Below the pieces are notes generated by a model. That model ran no database searches. It was given only the letters and a program-made list of their open reading frames with translations, and was not told the DNA's origin. Position numbers and translations under genes: made by a program. A stretch of DNA of 64,000 nt, taken from positions 49,104,001 through 49,168,000 of the forward strand of contig OX597820.1 of NCBI GenBank assembly GCA_951406725.2. The letters are read 5' to 3'. Below are positions 13,336 through 28,252 of this stretch, piece by piece; position 1 is the first letter of the stretch, and each line of letters begins with the position of its first letter. Origin of the DNA: Octopus vulgaris (lineage: Eukaryota).

Positions 13336-13580
13336 GTGAACGTTACGCGATATCTGTTCACATGGCATTTTATATCAACACACATATACAATCCCATCCT
13401 ATATACCATAGCACAAATATATATATATATGCATTGATAAATATAAAGACCTGCTTACATATAATATACGTACACACATATACATATATATGTATATAAT
13501 ATATGCATATATATGTGTGCATGAATATAATCATATATATATAAATATCTATACATGTATATAGATATACACATAGAGAT

Positions 13581-13643
<63 letters not shown>

Positions 13644-14530
13644 AGTATATAAAACATCAGTAGCCTTGTTGCTCATTGAAGGAAGAAAGCAGATTTTCGT
13701 TGAAGTGTGATACGCTTCATGAACGAAAATCTAACACTTTAAATCAGTTATACATCTTTACAGCAAATAAGGAAAGAAATGTATATGTGGTTCTCTGTAT
13801 GCAGTTCGGTATTTGTACACACAGGCATAAATCTGTGGGGTTAGTTTTTGCGTGTGTGGGATCTATCTTGCGCATGTGGTTCTATAGGACATTTGAAAGA
13901 ATTAACATTTTGGAAATATGTTGTTTGTACAACATTCGATAATTACATACAGACACATCCTACATAGAATGTATTGTGCAGTAGAGAGGAATACATTGTT
14001 TGTAAATCATTGACATATGCACTAAGAACACGAAATAAAACTGCATGTAAACAATAATCTACCTTTATGTATAATCCAGCGTTTGGTATGCTCTCAATAA
14101 GTAATCCATTTGTCTGTTACATGAAAATATCCAATCGCCATCTAATAAATAGCTCTGAAATGTCATAGTTCTTACAGTGAACATGAAGGACACTTAACGC
14201 TAAGGTATTCAGTAAATGCTCTTCTTACAGTTTACTAAGGACTCAGTTAATCTTGTATTTGTAAGCATACAATTTCTGTACGTATATATTATGCAGGCAT
14301 GTGCGTATATGTACGCATAGTATTTAAAGAACATATGCATTCATACTTATATAAATATCGTTACGAATATCAGGCTAGACAAGTCGCTAATACATTTCAG
14401 AAAAGCATAGACAATATCTTAAAACCAAATGTTTCTCCTGCTTTAAAAGAAGGATTAAAATGCTTACATAAGAACCGTGTTAGCCCTCCGGTACTATTAA
14501 GGACTGAGACGCGAAGGAATAAATGGTATA

Positions 14531-14597
<67 letters not shown>

Positions 14598-14617
14598 ATC
14601 TATCTACCTATCTATCT

Positions 14618-14669
<52 letters not shown>

Positions 14670-14994
14670 GCATTATATGCATACACACTTATATATACAT
14701 ATATGCATAGATTCACGAAAACACAACATATTTATTTGTGCGTAAGTGTGTGCGCGCGTGTGTATATTGTGTGAGTGAGTGTGAGCGTGTGTGCATGTAT
14801 AATGAAGTTATGGTTAATTGCATCGAATAGTGAGAAATAACCTAGAACTACATAAGGTAAATGTCATCCAGTGAGTAAATCCTGAGTTCGCTTCGTGGTA
14901 TCATCAACCGTTCACTGTGTGTATATCCAAAACAAATTCAAATAAATAAGGGTAATTGCATATCTATATAATTTTTAGAAATTTCAGTCTACTT

Positions 14995-15260
14995 TAAGGG
15001 CGGCGAACTGACAGAATCGTTAGTACACTGGGCAAAATGTTCAGTGGTATTTCGCTCGTCTTTAACGTACCGAGTTCAAATTCTGCCCAGGTCAACTTTG
15101 CCTTTCATCCTTTCGGAGTCGATGTAATCGACAATCTCCCTACCCAAGTTTCAGGCCTTGTGACTAAAGTAGAAAAGATTATTACAGTCGACTTTGCCTG
15201 TCATCATCTCGCTGTCAATAAACACTGGGATCGATATAATCAACTGCCCCACTCCTCCTA
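14995..15260 (+). mobile_element. SINE family A with partial internal repeat
   Basis: AAGGGCGGCGAACTGACAGAATCGTTAG..GAGTTCAAATTCTGCC..GTCAACTTTGCCTTTCATCCTTTCGG. Confidence 0.85.
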
Positions 15261-15915
15261 AACTGAATTTCATACTTTCGATTACGTAACTCTCCGCGTC
15301 TCCTATAATTTTCCATTGTATATCAAAGTTAGCGTTTCTATACTTTATGGACGAAATAATCCCATTTCAGCTTGTACTATGCGTCTTCTCTTTATTCTTG
15401 AAAGAATTTAAGGCAATTCTTTATCTCGCAATGTAGGTAGTGGAGCATAACGTATATAACAGTATGACATCCCACCTGACGTAACCCTACAATCTGTACA
15501 CTATATTTTTCCTCATATACTGTGCGTTGATAGAGCAAATATTCTTGCTATAGCTACAAATAGTTTTACTGATATTAATTTTACCTTTGCTAATGAGATT
15601 AGGCTCAGATACCTCCTTCATATCTGTACCCAACGATATACTAGTGTTTACATTTAGGATCTTGTTCCGAATTTGCCCATACCTTTCACTCGCATTGACA
15701 TCAATTGCACTGTTTCAAAATTCAACTAGGTCTCCTATTTATCTGTTCCGCTAGTTGTCCTTTGTTGTTAACATCATGATTATTACTTGTGTTATCTATT
15801 TCAATAGAGTTTTTTTTTTATTATGGGATTCACATGTAATAACACAAGCTGTGTAGATGTATAATTCTCCTTATTTGTTTCAGTTGTCATATACGTGTGT
15901 GTGTGTGTAAAATAT

Positions 15916-16315
15916 ATTTTAGGCAAATAAGTAATAAATTTAGCATAGTATCTGTCAATGAATTTTTGCCATGGCTTTTCAAGTTGTATGGTGGAATTAG
16001 ATTTTTCTATCGAAGATATACTTGTATTCTGAACGACACTAAACGGTCAGAATTGGATTTTAAAAAAGTATGACTTTCTGACGCTTACTTACTTCAGTGT
16101 TTAAAGTTGTCAACAGAATATAATAACATATTTTGAAACCCAAAGTAAAATTATGCTCTTAAGTTCGATATAAATGTTTTGGGTTGACCATAGAGCCATC
16201 GATGAGGTCAAATATTAGAAGACCTTTGTAATTTTTCTCTCAAAAAATATCCTGAAGTCATAATTACAAATGATTCAATGTTGAAACATTTGTCTAATGC
16301 GAATAAGTCAAAAAC
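15916..16315 (+). repeat. about 400-bp direct duplication, copy 2
   Basis: Matches 11771-12167. Confidence 0.95.
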
Positions 16316-16863
16316 TGAATACTGAGGTTAATATATCTCTGTACTATTTTTATTTTTACAGTCAGTTTTACAACATATACGACATTCGTTTTCCACGTAT
16401 GTTTCATTGTTGTGATTATTTGCAGCATCTGTATTGGATAGTCCAAGTGCAATTGGAGGTCAAACCGCAAAGAATCATCAGGGAAGCAAATTAATGCATT
16501 ATGATACAGGGATCGAATATACGATGTGATATGTACAAAGGAAATCCCAGTTTTCCCAAATCGCTGTGCGAACCGAAAGCACAGGAAAGAAGTAGGATTC
16601 TTGTATTCACTTTTCTCTTATCGTTGTTAAGCTCATCAGAAATGTACGCTTTAATATCATCCCCCCAGCACCACTACACTCAGACACATGTGCACAACCA
16701 TACACTCGCACCCACACGTTCATATATTAATGTATTAGTAAACCGATAGAATAACGCGTTATGATGTTTGTTTTGTTAGATATTGAGGAAGGTGAAATAA
16801 TAGTGTTTGCAATATTGCTGTTAATGAGATATTCTATGCTCAGCAAATCACTTGATAAATGTA

Positions 16864-17066
16864 CAGTAATCCCTCGACTATCGCGGGTGTTACGTTCCAA
16901 AAGACCCTCGCGATAGGTGAAAATCCGGTTAATAGAAACAGTAATGCATATATAGTTTTTTAAATTTTTATAATTTCTATATGTATATGTTATTATAAAT
17001 GCTAAATAGCACCGCGGAGGAATCGTCGTAAGCTTAGGGGAACCGCAATATGGCGGAGGATTATTG
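16864..17066. mobile_element. pogo/Tigger-like MITE
   Basis: TA|CAGTAATCCCTCG ... CGGAGGATTATTG|TA, imperfect TIRs with TA on both sides. Confidence 0.7.
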
Positions 17067-18199
17067 TATCTGAAAAATTTACGACTCATCATAACCACAT
17101 GCATAGCATATGTAAAGTACTCTACATAATTTACAATGTGGTTTGAAAGAGTAATTAACTCTCACTATTTCGCTAACCTTCTGCCTTAAATATCAGCTAA
17201 ATACTAGCAGAAATCATAACCAGTTACCTGAATTCAGTAATCTGAAACATTAGCACACTATTTCAGTTTATTTTTGTAGAGGTTAAATTACAACTAAGAT
17301 AGAGTAGATAACAGATTATAACTTAATATGTATCTTAAAACAAATACGAAGAGACCAACTATGTAGCTGAACATATCATGTAATATGTATTTAACCACTA
17401 AAATCGATAATGAAAGTCCGTGTCAAAAACAGAAAAAAAAAACATGCATTTTCATATTAAACACAAGTAACAGTAATTCCGAACATCACTATAAAATCAT
17501 CGTTGTAATAGATTCGCAACAAAAAATTTCATTGAAGTCCCATTATCATAATTTAACGAACCGACAAGATGATTCTCGATCGAGCAGTCTTTTGAGATGT
17601 GGAAGCACGAAAATAGGACAATCTACAGTGATATAACTGACTTAAGCTTAAACATAGAGAGGAACTATGAAAAAGCTAAAGATATTTACTTTCCGTTGGT
17701 TAAAAACTGCACGTGTTTTTCATCTAAATTCGAGACTTTGGGATCTCGGTCCCAATTAAGTTGAGACACTAGATGAATTAAACTGATGTTTACTCTTGAA
17801 GGAATATTTTTAGATGATCGAGGAAATGAAGGTTGACGACTGCTATCATTATTTTGGGATAGAGCAAGTAAAAATGATTGAAGAGTGGTCAGTTTACTCA
17901 GATTTCATACAACCTAGCATGATTTCTTAAATTGCTTTAAATTCCTTGAAAGAATCAAATATTTTCTTGGGTATATGAACACACTTTGACTAATAAAAGA
18001 TAAGGAGATGATACTACGAGCACCAATAAATTTATTCAGATCAAGCGAACTGAGAAGGTGGTTAAGATTCTGTAAACCGGGTGGATGTGTAAATATAGCG
18101 AATATATTGTTTTTCAGTGTTTATTGCTATTTAAAGAGCCATATTGTTTGATAAGTGGTAAGTTTAAGCACACTACGATAATTGTGGATACATTTTGTT

Positions 18200-18800
18200 G
18201 AAAGTCTGGAAGTCGTTGAGGACGTGTGTTGCATAAATTCCTCCTTTCTCTGCTGACCCAACTTTTCATACCTGGATATTAATAACGAACAATTTTACTT
18301 ACTCAGGTTCAAAGATTGTCCTATCAATTTCTATCATATAATCTTCTTGTACCCCAACGAAACAACTACAAATAACAAAATATATTAGTCTTGTATTGGA
18401 GATGTCAAATTAAACAATCTCTGGTTCTCTAACAGCATCATCTTTGATGATTTAAATGTACAGAACTGCTTATTGCTCGCTACCATAAGCTAAATCAATA
18501 TCACAGCGGTAGGGTCTCGAATAGTTCTTCTCACGCCATATTTACAGGCAAGATGTCTGTCATTAAGTTAGTCACGCATTAGTATATCGAATGTTTGCTA
18601 ACACTTTTGCTTCCAGTATTAAACCTGGGCTTTCTGATTCTTCAATCTGATTTAATATACCCACCTATCGTCACAAAATATAGTTCTATGAGATAGCATT
18701 CCGGCATATAGAATAACATGCTTCCTTCGCATTTTTCCAATTTATCTCTACACATAAAACGAATGCCTTTTCTCGTAATTCACCCAAATCAAACTCCTTT
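18200..18800 (-). pseudogene. possible decayed LINE apurinic endonuclease remnant
   Basis: Minus-strand fragments resemble the R.DR..GGGVL.Y and PTR...LDL motifs. Many stops. Confidence 0.35.
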
Positions 18801-20237
18801 TTCTTTAGTCTAAATTCTTGATAGTCAATGTTCTTTCAAACTTTCTCAAATTCTTATCACGTTTTAGTTTCTCCCTCTAACACATTCTCTATTGATGTTT
18901 CTTTGAAGCTATGTTCTATCAATTCATAGGAATCACGCGTCACTTATTCCATTCCAGTGATGGGCAAAATCTCAAACATGCCCAATATTAACATAGAAAG
19001 TATTCAACAATTAAATCCTACGTCATCCGGGGGACTGCTAATTCCCTGTATATTGGTCACGTGTCTATTTCCTTTCAGCCAGATTCTGTATACACTGAAA
19101 TGTTTATACCCAATGCCAATTACATTTGTCTATTTACATTACCAAAGCTGTAATGTTTGCCTAGCGTAAGAATCTACTTCTAAAGTTTGCTGCTATGATC
19201 TATTTATCCTTTACTGCATCTTACTGACGGCATATGAGTTAAGCAGGTTAGCTCTAACTCCATCCAAATTATGCTGGATCACATTTACTTCAAAGTTTGG
19301 TTATATTCCTTGGCTCTTTTCTTGTCACATAAAGGTTAACTTCTCGTTACGTAATTGATATCGCAATGTTATAGCGTTCATTTCCCTCTAGCATTATTGA
19401 AAACATTTCGTAACCTAACAGTTCAAAACAAAGACGTTTACTGGCAGACTAAACTTTACCTTACTAAAATAGATTAAATCATTCACATGTAAGGATATAG
19501 TAGCGTGATATCCTCCGTTTGCTCCAATACTCAAATCCTAAACACATAATAGCAACTACTATCGCTGTGCTCTTGCCATTTACATCATCCTTGATGTAAA
19601 AAAAACTTTTGATCAAGAGCACTCCAAAATGACATTCCAATATTTTCTCGGTTACAGTTTATCTTAAACCAATGTGGGGCGTTCGATTTTAAGACAGTAG
19701 CGTGTAACTTGAGAGAGATGTGGTTGCCAGTTATATTTACAATTCTTCTACTATTATGTAATATTTTACTATGTTCAAACGAGAGCTAACAAAGATGGCC
19801 TACAGTAGTGTTTTGAACTCAGTAACTAGCATCAGATTTTCTAAAAGAGAATGGTCTAGAGACCATATCAAGACAAAATGTTGATAAACTGAGTATAAGG
19901 CGAAAATAATTGATACGATTTGTTTTTAGTTTGTATCAAGTTGTAGTAAAAACGTATCTACATATATACTCGCTAAGCAGTCAACGGTAATTTTCCTGTT
20001 ATTTGCCTCGCGGTTATTGTTAAATTCACAAGAATATATTGAAACACGGATGCATATACACACGAAATATGTGTCAACGTCACGTTCTCGTGTGCACGTT
20101 GCGTATTTGCGTAATTATGTACGTGCAAGTTGTTATATTGAAGAATGTATAAATCTATAAATATATCTTCATGTATTTTTTTCTGCCTAATGATGAGTAA
20201 GTACAGTTCTATATTTAACAGATGAGGAATTATGCAC

Positions 20238-20384
20238 ATTATTTACATTATTTACAATTGACGGATATTTGTCTTCATCTTGTTTGTTGTTAACACGTTT
20301 CGGCTGATATAACTTCCAGCCTGAATTCTCATTCTTAAAGTGTTTTTCGGTGGTGTTATTATTCTTATTATCATTATTATTTAT

Positions 20385-20430
<46 letters not shown>

Positions 20431-21858
20431 TCACTGCCTGGAATCGAACGCGGAATCTTGGAGTTAGTAGCTCCCGCTCTTGACCACTATGCCCTTGGGC
20501 AATTATAGAGTGAATTTTAGGGCTTATAAATCTAATATTTTTCTATACTTCCTTAATACCAGTTCCCATATGCTGCTCATATCTGCACTCGGTCTGCTTA
20601 GGAGGTTGTTGTGTACTGTCATACGTGCTGTTTCTTTTAGTTTTCGTATTTTCCAGTGGTGTTCTCTATTATTTTAACTTCATCCCACGGGGAAGGTGGT
20701 CTCCATTTTTCCATACATGATCAGCTATACTCGATTTTTCAATATATTCCTGGATCACAGCTTTTTGATGTTCCTCTAACCCTATTTTGAGGGACGGCAT
20801 GTTTCGCCTTTGTATAACTAAGCACAGCTGCATGTGATATAGTACACGCAGTTCTTAGTCATATTCTCTTCTATTGGTGGTTTTACTCGGAGATATTTGC
20901 GAAGTGTTGTATTACTTATGAATACTGTCCTGATGTCATATGGACCGCATATCTTTTGTATCTTTTCGGAGAAGCCTTTCACATAAGATAACAGGCTATT
21001 GACAGATTATCAGCTACATCCTGTCTTTTCTTCATAATTGGAGTGGAGAGTATGCTTTTGGGGTAGTTGTTGTTTTATACATAGTTACTGAGCTTGACCA
21101 TTTCTTCTTGGTGAGTATCACGATCGCTACTTATATTCATTGCTCGATGTTTCAGGCACTGAGCAATCCCTCTCTTTACAGTGTATGGATGGTAGGAATT
21201 GAAGTTGGGGTATCGTCCTGTGAAGGTCGGCTTGCGGTATACGGATGTCTTGAATCCATACTTGGTGCGCGTTATTAATACGTTCAGGAATGCTAGCTGA
21301 TTATCTTTTTCTATTTTCATTGTGGACTGCATGGATGGCTTTATTCAGTTCACATGATCCAACAGCACTTGAACATCTTCCTGGTGGAGCCAGAGCATGA
21401 AGGTTTCATCAACATATAGCAACTATAGAGTTGCTTTTAGTGGTGTTGATCCTAAAGCCAAATTCTCAAAGTATTCCATATATATATTGTCTATTATCGG
21501 TGATAATGGCGAACCCATAGCTAAACACTCTTCTTATCGATATATATCAGTGTCCATACTGAAGTAGGTAGTTTCTACACAGAAGTTTCTTATTGGTATA
21601 CTAGTGCGTTCTTTAGATGGGTGTCTGTCGCTACTTTTTCTTGAATCACCGATAGTGCTTCACCATTTGGAACTTTGGGGAACAGACTTATCACATCTAG
21701 ACTCACCATATCGTTGGATTCAATGGGTGTATCCTTGACAAATTCTGTGAAGTGAGTGGAATTCTTCATGTACGATGTTGAATTTCTTGCTAATGAACTG
21801 ATTATATCCACAAGGAAGCGGCTCAGTGGTTGACATGCTGAACCTCTGCAGCTCACTC
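20238..21858 (-). mobile_element. Penelope-like retroelement, 5'-truncated (RT, GIY-YIG and 3' region)
   Basis: MVSLDVISLFPKVP, AMGSPLSPII, YVDETF and LAFLNVLITR..KTSVYRKPTFTGRY.NFNSYHP, then KNCVYYITCSC..GETCRP..LEEHQ. Frameshifted, with the stop near 20527. Confidence 0.92.
20427..20494 (-). ncRNA. tRNA-like (Ser-like, ACT loop) Pol III unit inside the PLE 3' region; not a functional tRNA
   Basis: GGGCATAGTGGTCAAGAGC (A box), GGAG-CTACTAA-CTCC (anticodon-like arm), GTTCGATTCC (B box). The acceptor stem does not form. Confidence 0.7.
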
Positions 21859-21985
21859 TAGGTCAGAATGAGGCGGATTAATGTAAAGAAGGAGATGCAG
21901 AATAAAAACAGAAAGAAAAGAGTGAAGCTGAAAGTAGGAATGAAGAAAAGAAAGAAAAAAGAAGTATAGATTGATTGATTGATTG

Positions 21986-22021
<36 letters not shown>

Positions 22022-22204
22022 CCGAAAAAGAGGGGAAAGTGAGAGAGGCGAAAGAGGATGAGAGTGAAATATACAAAGGTAAAATATACAATGACAACTC
22101 CAAGAGATTGCTCGAAGACTTAGAGGCAGGTATAAAAAAAAAGCAAACACTGTAGTAGACAAGTAAACATGTCTAATTTCACTATTTATCTGTAGTCTCG
22201 TTAA

Positions 22205-23060
22205 AAAATCGTGAACAGCCTAAACGGGTTTCCGAAACTTAATGCATTCTAACCCGCAAGGTATGTATCATTTTACAAATCCCAGATAAATATGTATCGA
22301 AACATTGTATATTCAACCAATCGAGTAGTTACAGAGAAGCAACTAATTTGCATACGCTAGTGTTAAACTCTTTGTTTAATATCAGCAATCTGTGAACGGG
22401 TATCTCAGTCCATAAAGTACCAAGGACGGATATGATATATGTAGATCAAAATAGAAGACATCTAAACCAGGTAAATTAAAATATTTTTTCTCCTAAGATT
22501 GAAAAATGTATATTTATTAGGAACCGTAAAGGGTTTTCGAAACTTATTCAGCTCTCATCAGAGGTGTCTTCATCATTTGACCTACTCCAGAACAATAATC
22601 AGCCAAACTCATTATATTCTCAATTAATCCAATAGCTACAGTGTCCTGAAGCTATTAATTTGCATATCATACGTGTTTAACCTCTTTTTTAAAACCCTTT
22701 GTACTATAAGTATAAGGCCTAACATTTGTGGGGTGGGAGTAGTTGACTACATCTATCCCAACACTTGACTGGTACTTAATTTGTAGACCCCGAAAGGTTG
22801 AAAAGCAAAGTCGACCTCGGTGGAAGTTGAACCGCTAAGCATTTCGTCCAGCGTGCTAACGTTTCAGCCTTACACCTTATTTGATATCAGCGGACTCTGA
22901 ATGGGTATGTCATGTGCACACAGTATCAAGGTATGATATATATATATATAACTCTAGGTAGTAGACATACAAGCATGAGTAAATGTAACTATCTCTCCGT
23001 AGATAGAAAAAAAATTGAAAAGCCTTAATCGATTTTCTAATTTTTATTAAGTTACGATCT
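22205..23060 (+). repeat. diverged tandem repeat of about 310 bp (2-3 units), interrupted by a SINE
   Basis: The anchor TTTnCGAAACTTA recurs near 22228 and 22533, and TAATTTGCATA recurs 312 bp apart. Further units at 31880-32300. Confidence 0.75.
22712..22870 (-). mobile_element. SINE family A, internally deleted
   Basis: Plus strand shows ACTGGTACTTAATTT..GACCCCGAAAGG.TGAAAAGCAAAGTCGACCTCGG. Confidence 0.85.
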
Positions 23061-23291
23061 TTCAGAATTTCTGTCGATCTGAATAATTCACAAGATAATG
23101 TTTCCCTTGTGAGAAAACAAAAACCTAAAAAAACATCCCTATGATGTAGAAAATACTCGGCAGAACCTTAATATACATACCTACTAGCAAACTCCGACAG
23201 CTTAAGCACACAAAAATACCTGCATTCATACACACATAGACATATACATTCATATACATACAAACACACACATACACGCATACATACACAC

Positions 23292-23327
<36 letters not shown>

Positions 23328-23354
23328 TGAGAGAGAGAGAGAGGGAGATTTATA

Positions 23355-23368
23355 GATAGATAAATAGT

Positions 23369-23465
<97 letters not shown>

Positions 23466-23466
23466 T

Positions 23467-23533
<67 letters not shown>

Positions 23534-23540
23534 GGATAGA
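23355..23540. repeat. (TAGA)n microsatellite, one representative of dozens of TA/CA/TACA/TAGA tracts
   Basis: Direct reading. Confidence 0.98.
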
Positions 23541-25415
23541 TTGAGAGGCATTTTGAGAGGGAAAGAGAGAAAAACACATAAGGAAGAAAGAAAAAGAAAG
23601 GAAAAGAAAGAGACAAAAGTAGGCATTCAGAAAGACAGATAGAAGAACGGACAGACAGAAAGACAAATAGATAGATAGATAGATTGATAGAAAAATGGAT
23701 AGATAGATAGCCTTTGTTAGAGGTAGTGACGGAGAGACGGAGAGATTGAAATCTCATGCCTTCAGATCATCGATTTGAAATCATTCATGCATAAGATTTT
23801 ATGTTGTTTGCTCGATTAATCACGATTAATTTGTTGTAAATTTGCCCGATCTGAAGCAACGCGCACCATTCACCCCTCCCTCCTGTATCTCACATCACAC
23901 ATGTCATTCTCGCCATCGCCACACCATTCTCAACTTAGTAGCTATCATATCCATCCTCAGCAGAAGGCTTCTTCTCTGTGTTAAAGCAGTGCCTACTTTC
24001 ACATGGAAGATATGAAAAGTCCTCTCAGGCAAAACAAGACACGCGCTATAACTTTACCCTCTGTTAACCTTTGATATTTGATATGAAATCAAGGGGTTTC
24101 TCCCTGAATAATCTAATTTACTTCGCTGACCCTGATAATTGATCTGAGTTGTGATTTTGTTCGTTCGTTGGAAAATATAGAAACACGAATACCATGACTG
24201 CGATGATAATTAATAAATAAACAAGCACGAAGAAAGAATAGAAATCTAAGAATTTTACGAAACGTCAAGAGAAAAAAGAATTAGGGAAAAAAAAATTTTT
24301 TTCCTGTGAACAAAATTATAAATTGGAATTCGGTTTGTTGTTTCTTGACTTGTTGATCTAACCAAGGAATAACAGTGTCATAAAAACTGCTTAAAAACCT
24401 GATAGAGTATAAATTTAAATAGATTTTATCGGCAAAGACTCAGTTTGCGATCAGTATGAAACTGTCAGAAGTTTCTGCTGTTGACAAAAATAAAAGAAAA
24501 AAAGATGAAATATAAAACAAGGGAATATAGATACAAATATTGAGGTGATATGGTAATTTTGATGACACAATCATGACTTTATTAAATGTGAAAATAATAC
24601 GGAATGGACTTGTAGCCCAGTAAATTTAATATGTTGTCATATATGGTTAAGAATTTAGAGACATGACCGTGTCCTTTCGAGTTCAATATAACTCATACCT
24701 TTCAAGTTCAGTGGCAACAACACAAGTTAACTTCTGTACCACTGGCTTGACCAGTGACTTGCATGTTACTCTAAGAAATACCTACACACCAGTTGTTCCT
24801 TGAATTACTGCACCATTTTAGAAGATTAAATAGATTGGATTCGTAGAGTGCTAAATAAGAATACACAGGGATTTTGCCACATAAAGATTTGCATATCTGT
24901 CTGCCTGAAAAACATATTAAAAAACAAACGAATCTCTGGAGTCAAACTTAGCCAGCAGAGAAAATAAAAGTTCGTTGAGATGGAGTAATTACAGTTCAAA
25001 TTGTATACTATAGAAAGGCTTGAAACTGTGGCAATCGTCTCGAAAAGCACCATCAAAAGCATTTTTAAAAAAGCAAAACATAGAAATATATCAGTACATA
25101 TCGGTATATGTATATGTATATTCACCTACATATGTATACTGAGACCTTATATCGTTCCTTACTGTGGTATATCAAAAGATCATATTATCCATTCATTTCT
25201 TCACTTAAAAGCGTTTCAGCATTGCCCTGCAAAATACCTAAATTATATGAATACTTTTAAGCACTTTTGTTGGACAATGTATCATTATACCAAATTATGT
25301 ACCACAAGGAGTCCGTGTTTGTTTTAGTAGCGAGTTTATATGTTTTCACGAAAAACTTTTACCAGCGTGCGTTTAACATCTAGAAGATAAGAAAACAGGA
25401 AGTTCTACATATGTA

Positions 25416-25475
<60 letters not shown>

Positions 25476-25530
25476 CGCATACACACATATGCATTCGTAA
25501 ACAGACTAAATATTTGAATATAAATATAGG

Positions 25531-25580
<50 letters not shown>

Positions 25581-26591
25581 CACACACACATACATACATA
25601 CATACAGAGAGCGGTAGGTAGGTAGATAGATGTAAATGTTTGTGTATGTTTCCCGTGTTTGTTTATACATACCTGCATACATAGTACACACATACATATA
25701 TACATACATACTTACATACATATAAACTTATATACATATAAGTATATATATATATACACACTTGTGTTTATGTGTGTCCTATTGGTTGTCTTATCTTGTA
25801 TATGTTAATAAAAGAGTAAAAAAAAAAACAAATACAAAATTGTTGAAAAATAAAACATTGTTGAAAGCTGTGACTGTGAACATTATTTTTGATCATACAA
25901 ATTCGTTTCGTGCACAATGCTGAGTCATAAACTGCCAGCAATTTCCTGACACCATTGAAGGTTGCACCGGTGTTAGCATAGTAGTATAATATATTCACCT
26001 GTGATGTTGCCAGTTATTTGGTAGCTTTTGGAATATTAAACGTTTAACTATTCGACCTTCTCTTTATTGCATGTCAAAATATTCTCTAACGTATTAATAT
26101 AATTTTCCCTATCACTTCATGTATTTGCAATATTTCCCATATCGGAATAACCAACTTTTGAAGTCCGAGGTCAAAATGGATTTAATTAATGATGTTTATC
26201 TCCCTTGTTTAATCCATTCCGCAATTCTACAAGGAATATGAAGTATCCGTGAAACCCATTACGAATATAGTATAGTATTTATCGCTGACAACTACTTTGG
26301 GTTCTGGTTTGCTCTATAATTATAACAGTTTATTGAGTTACCCAGGTTTGCCATTCCAAACTATTTAGCATGGACTTATCAAGTTTCAGAAGACGGCGTA
26401 CATTTCTATGTTTGTTTCATTCGTGTCATATCGTTCCTATTGATCTGTGTACCAAGAGAAATTGCTATATTAAAGACTGCAACTGCCCATCGGTCTGATA
26501 AAACTACTTCTTGCTTTATCAAACAGAACCGACATTGTGTTTGATACATATTTACTTCTTCACTGGTTTTGGATTTATGCTTATATATATT

Positions 26592-26670
<79 letters not shown>

Positions 26671-26958
26671 TCGAGTGTGTGTGTGTGTGTATAAGATCAT
26701 ATATCTATGCCTTAGATGAGAGAGAACAATATAGAATCATAACATTGTTGATTCCATATTTATCTCGACATTAATGTATTCAAAATCAATACGGATATTA
26801 AGGGCTGAATATCGATAATTATTTTGTATATACTTAAGTCTACAAATGCATTTTTACGTCAGTAGATAATAACGTACTACACTATACGATAATATATATA
26901 TATATATATATATATATGAATATATATTTACGTATATGTATATATATATGTCTGTTTG

Positions 26959-26991
<33 letters not shown>

Positions 26992-27866
26992 ATAAATATG
27001 CCTATACATTTGTATAAATGTACTTTTGTGTTTGTGTATGTGTTTGTATGTGTGTGTATGTGTTTGTATGTGTGTGTGTGTGTGTGTGTGCTAGAATATG
27101 CGTGTGTGTAATATACAATACCAACTTAGATTTTGTATGCTTACTTACAATGGTTATATGCTTTGCCTTATTCAAATTTTATACCTGTTTGGAGGTAGAT
27201 GTACTAAATACACTTAATTTGTACGTTGTTACGTCCCAAATGATAGTTAGATCGTTCTTAGCGTCGGCGTAACACAAATTGTACACATATAATTGAGATT
27301 AACGCGCTTTTATATGAAAATTGTTGACTTGTAAGGTCTATTATTTTCGTTAGAACTAGAGTGTGAAATTATTTTCTTCTACTAACATAGAGACAAATCG
27401 AACGTGAGGCATAATGGCATAATTAATGGAACGCTCGAGGGCAAGGTGGCTCATATCTATTAAAGAACTATTAAGCGTACAAATTAAATTGATGTATGGG
27501 TTTGTTTGGATCCGCATCTTTTATCAATGATTAGTAAGGACCATATTAATAGCTATTTATGACTCAGTGCAGGCGGCTGAATCTTTTGATATGATGCTAT
27601 TCCCAACACGTTATTAATGAACTCTTAACGTAAATTGGAAACATCTCGATGATAGACCAGTGACTGTAAAAGAACTCATGTTATAGAGTCCATGATATGG
27701 CAGTAGGGAGTTCAGTCTACACGTGTATATTCTGTCTACAGTTTCCCATACCATAATACCAAATTGATGGAGATTTAAAGATTACCAGACGTAAGGTTGA
27801 TGCAGTGACGAAATACTTCTTCAGTGTTGAGTCATACATAGCTGTCGCTGGACTTGTCACAACACA

Positions 27867-27919
<53 letters not shown>

Positions 27920-28069
27920 ACAAACCTATATGAACACAGATATACATACATATATATTCATATATACATGTATGTACCTATGTATGCATACAAACACACA
28001 CGCACATACGCACACACATACACACACACAAACACACACACATACACGCACACAAATACATATATATAG

Positions 28070-28218
28070 AAATGGATGTGAGTTAAGACGCTGGTCTCCC
28101 AACCACATGGTTCCGGGTTCAGTCCCATGGCATGACGCCTTGGGCAGCTGTCTTCTACTATGGCCGTGAGTGGATTTGGTGGATTTGGTGGATGGAAACT
28201 GAAGGAAGACCGTCGTAA

Positions 28219-28252
<34 letters not shown>

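Noticed and set aside
20427-20494. Functional tRNA-Ser gene
   Set aside because: There is no acceptor stem, the T-stem is broken and it lies within a retroelement.
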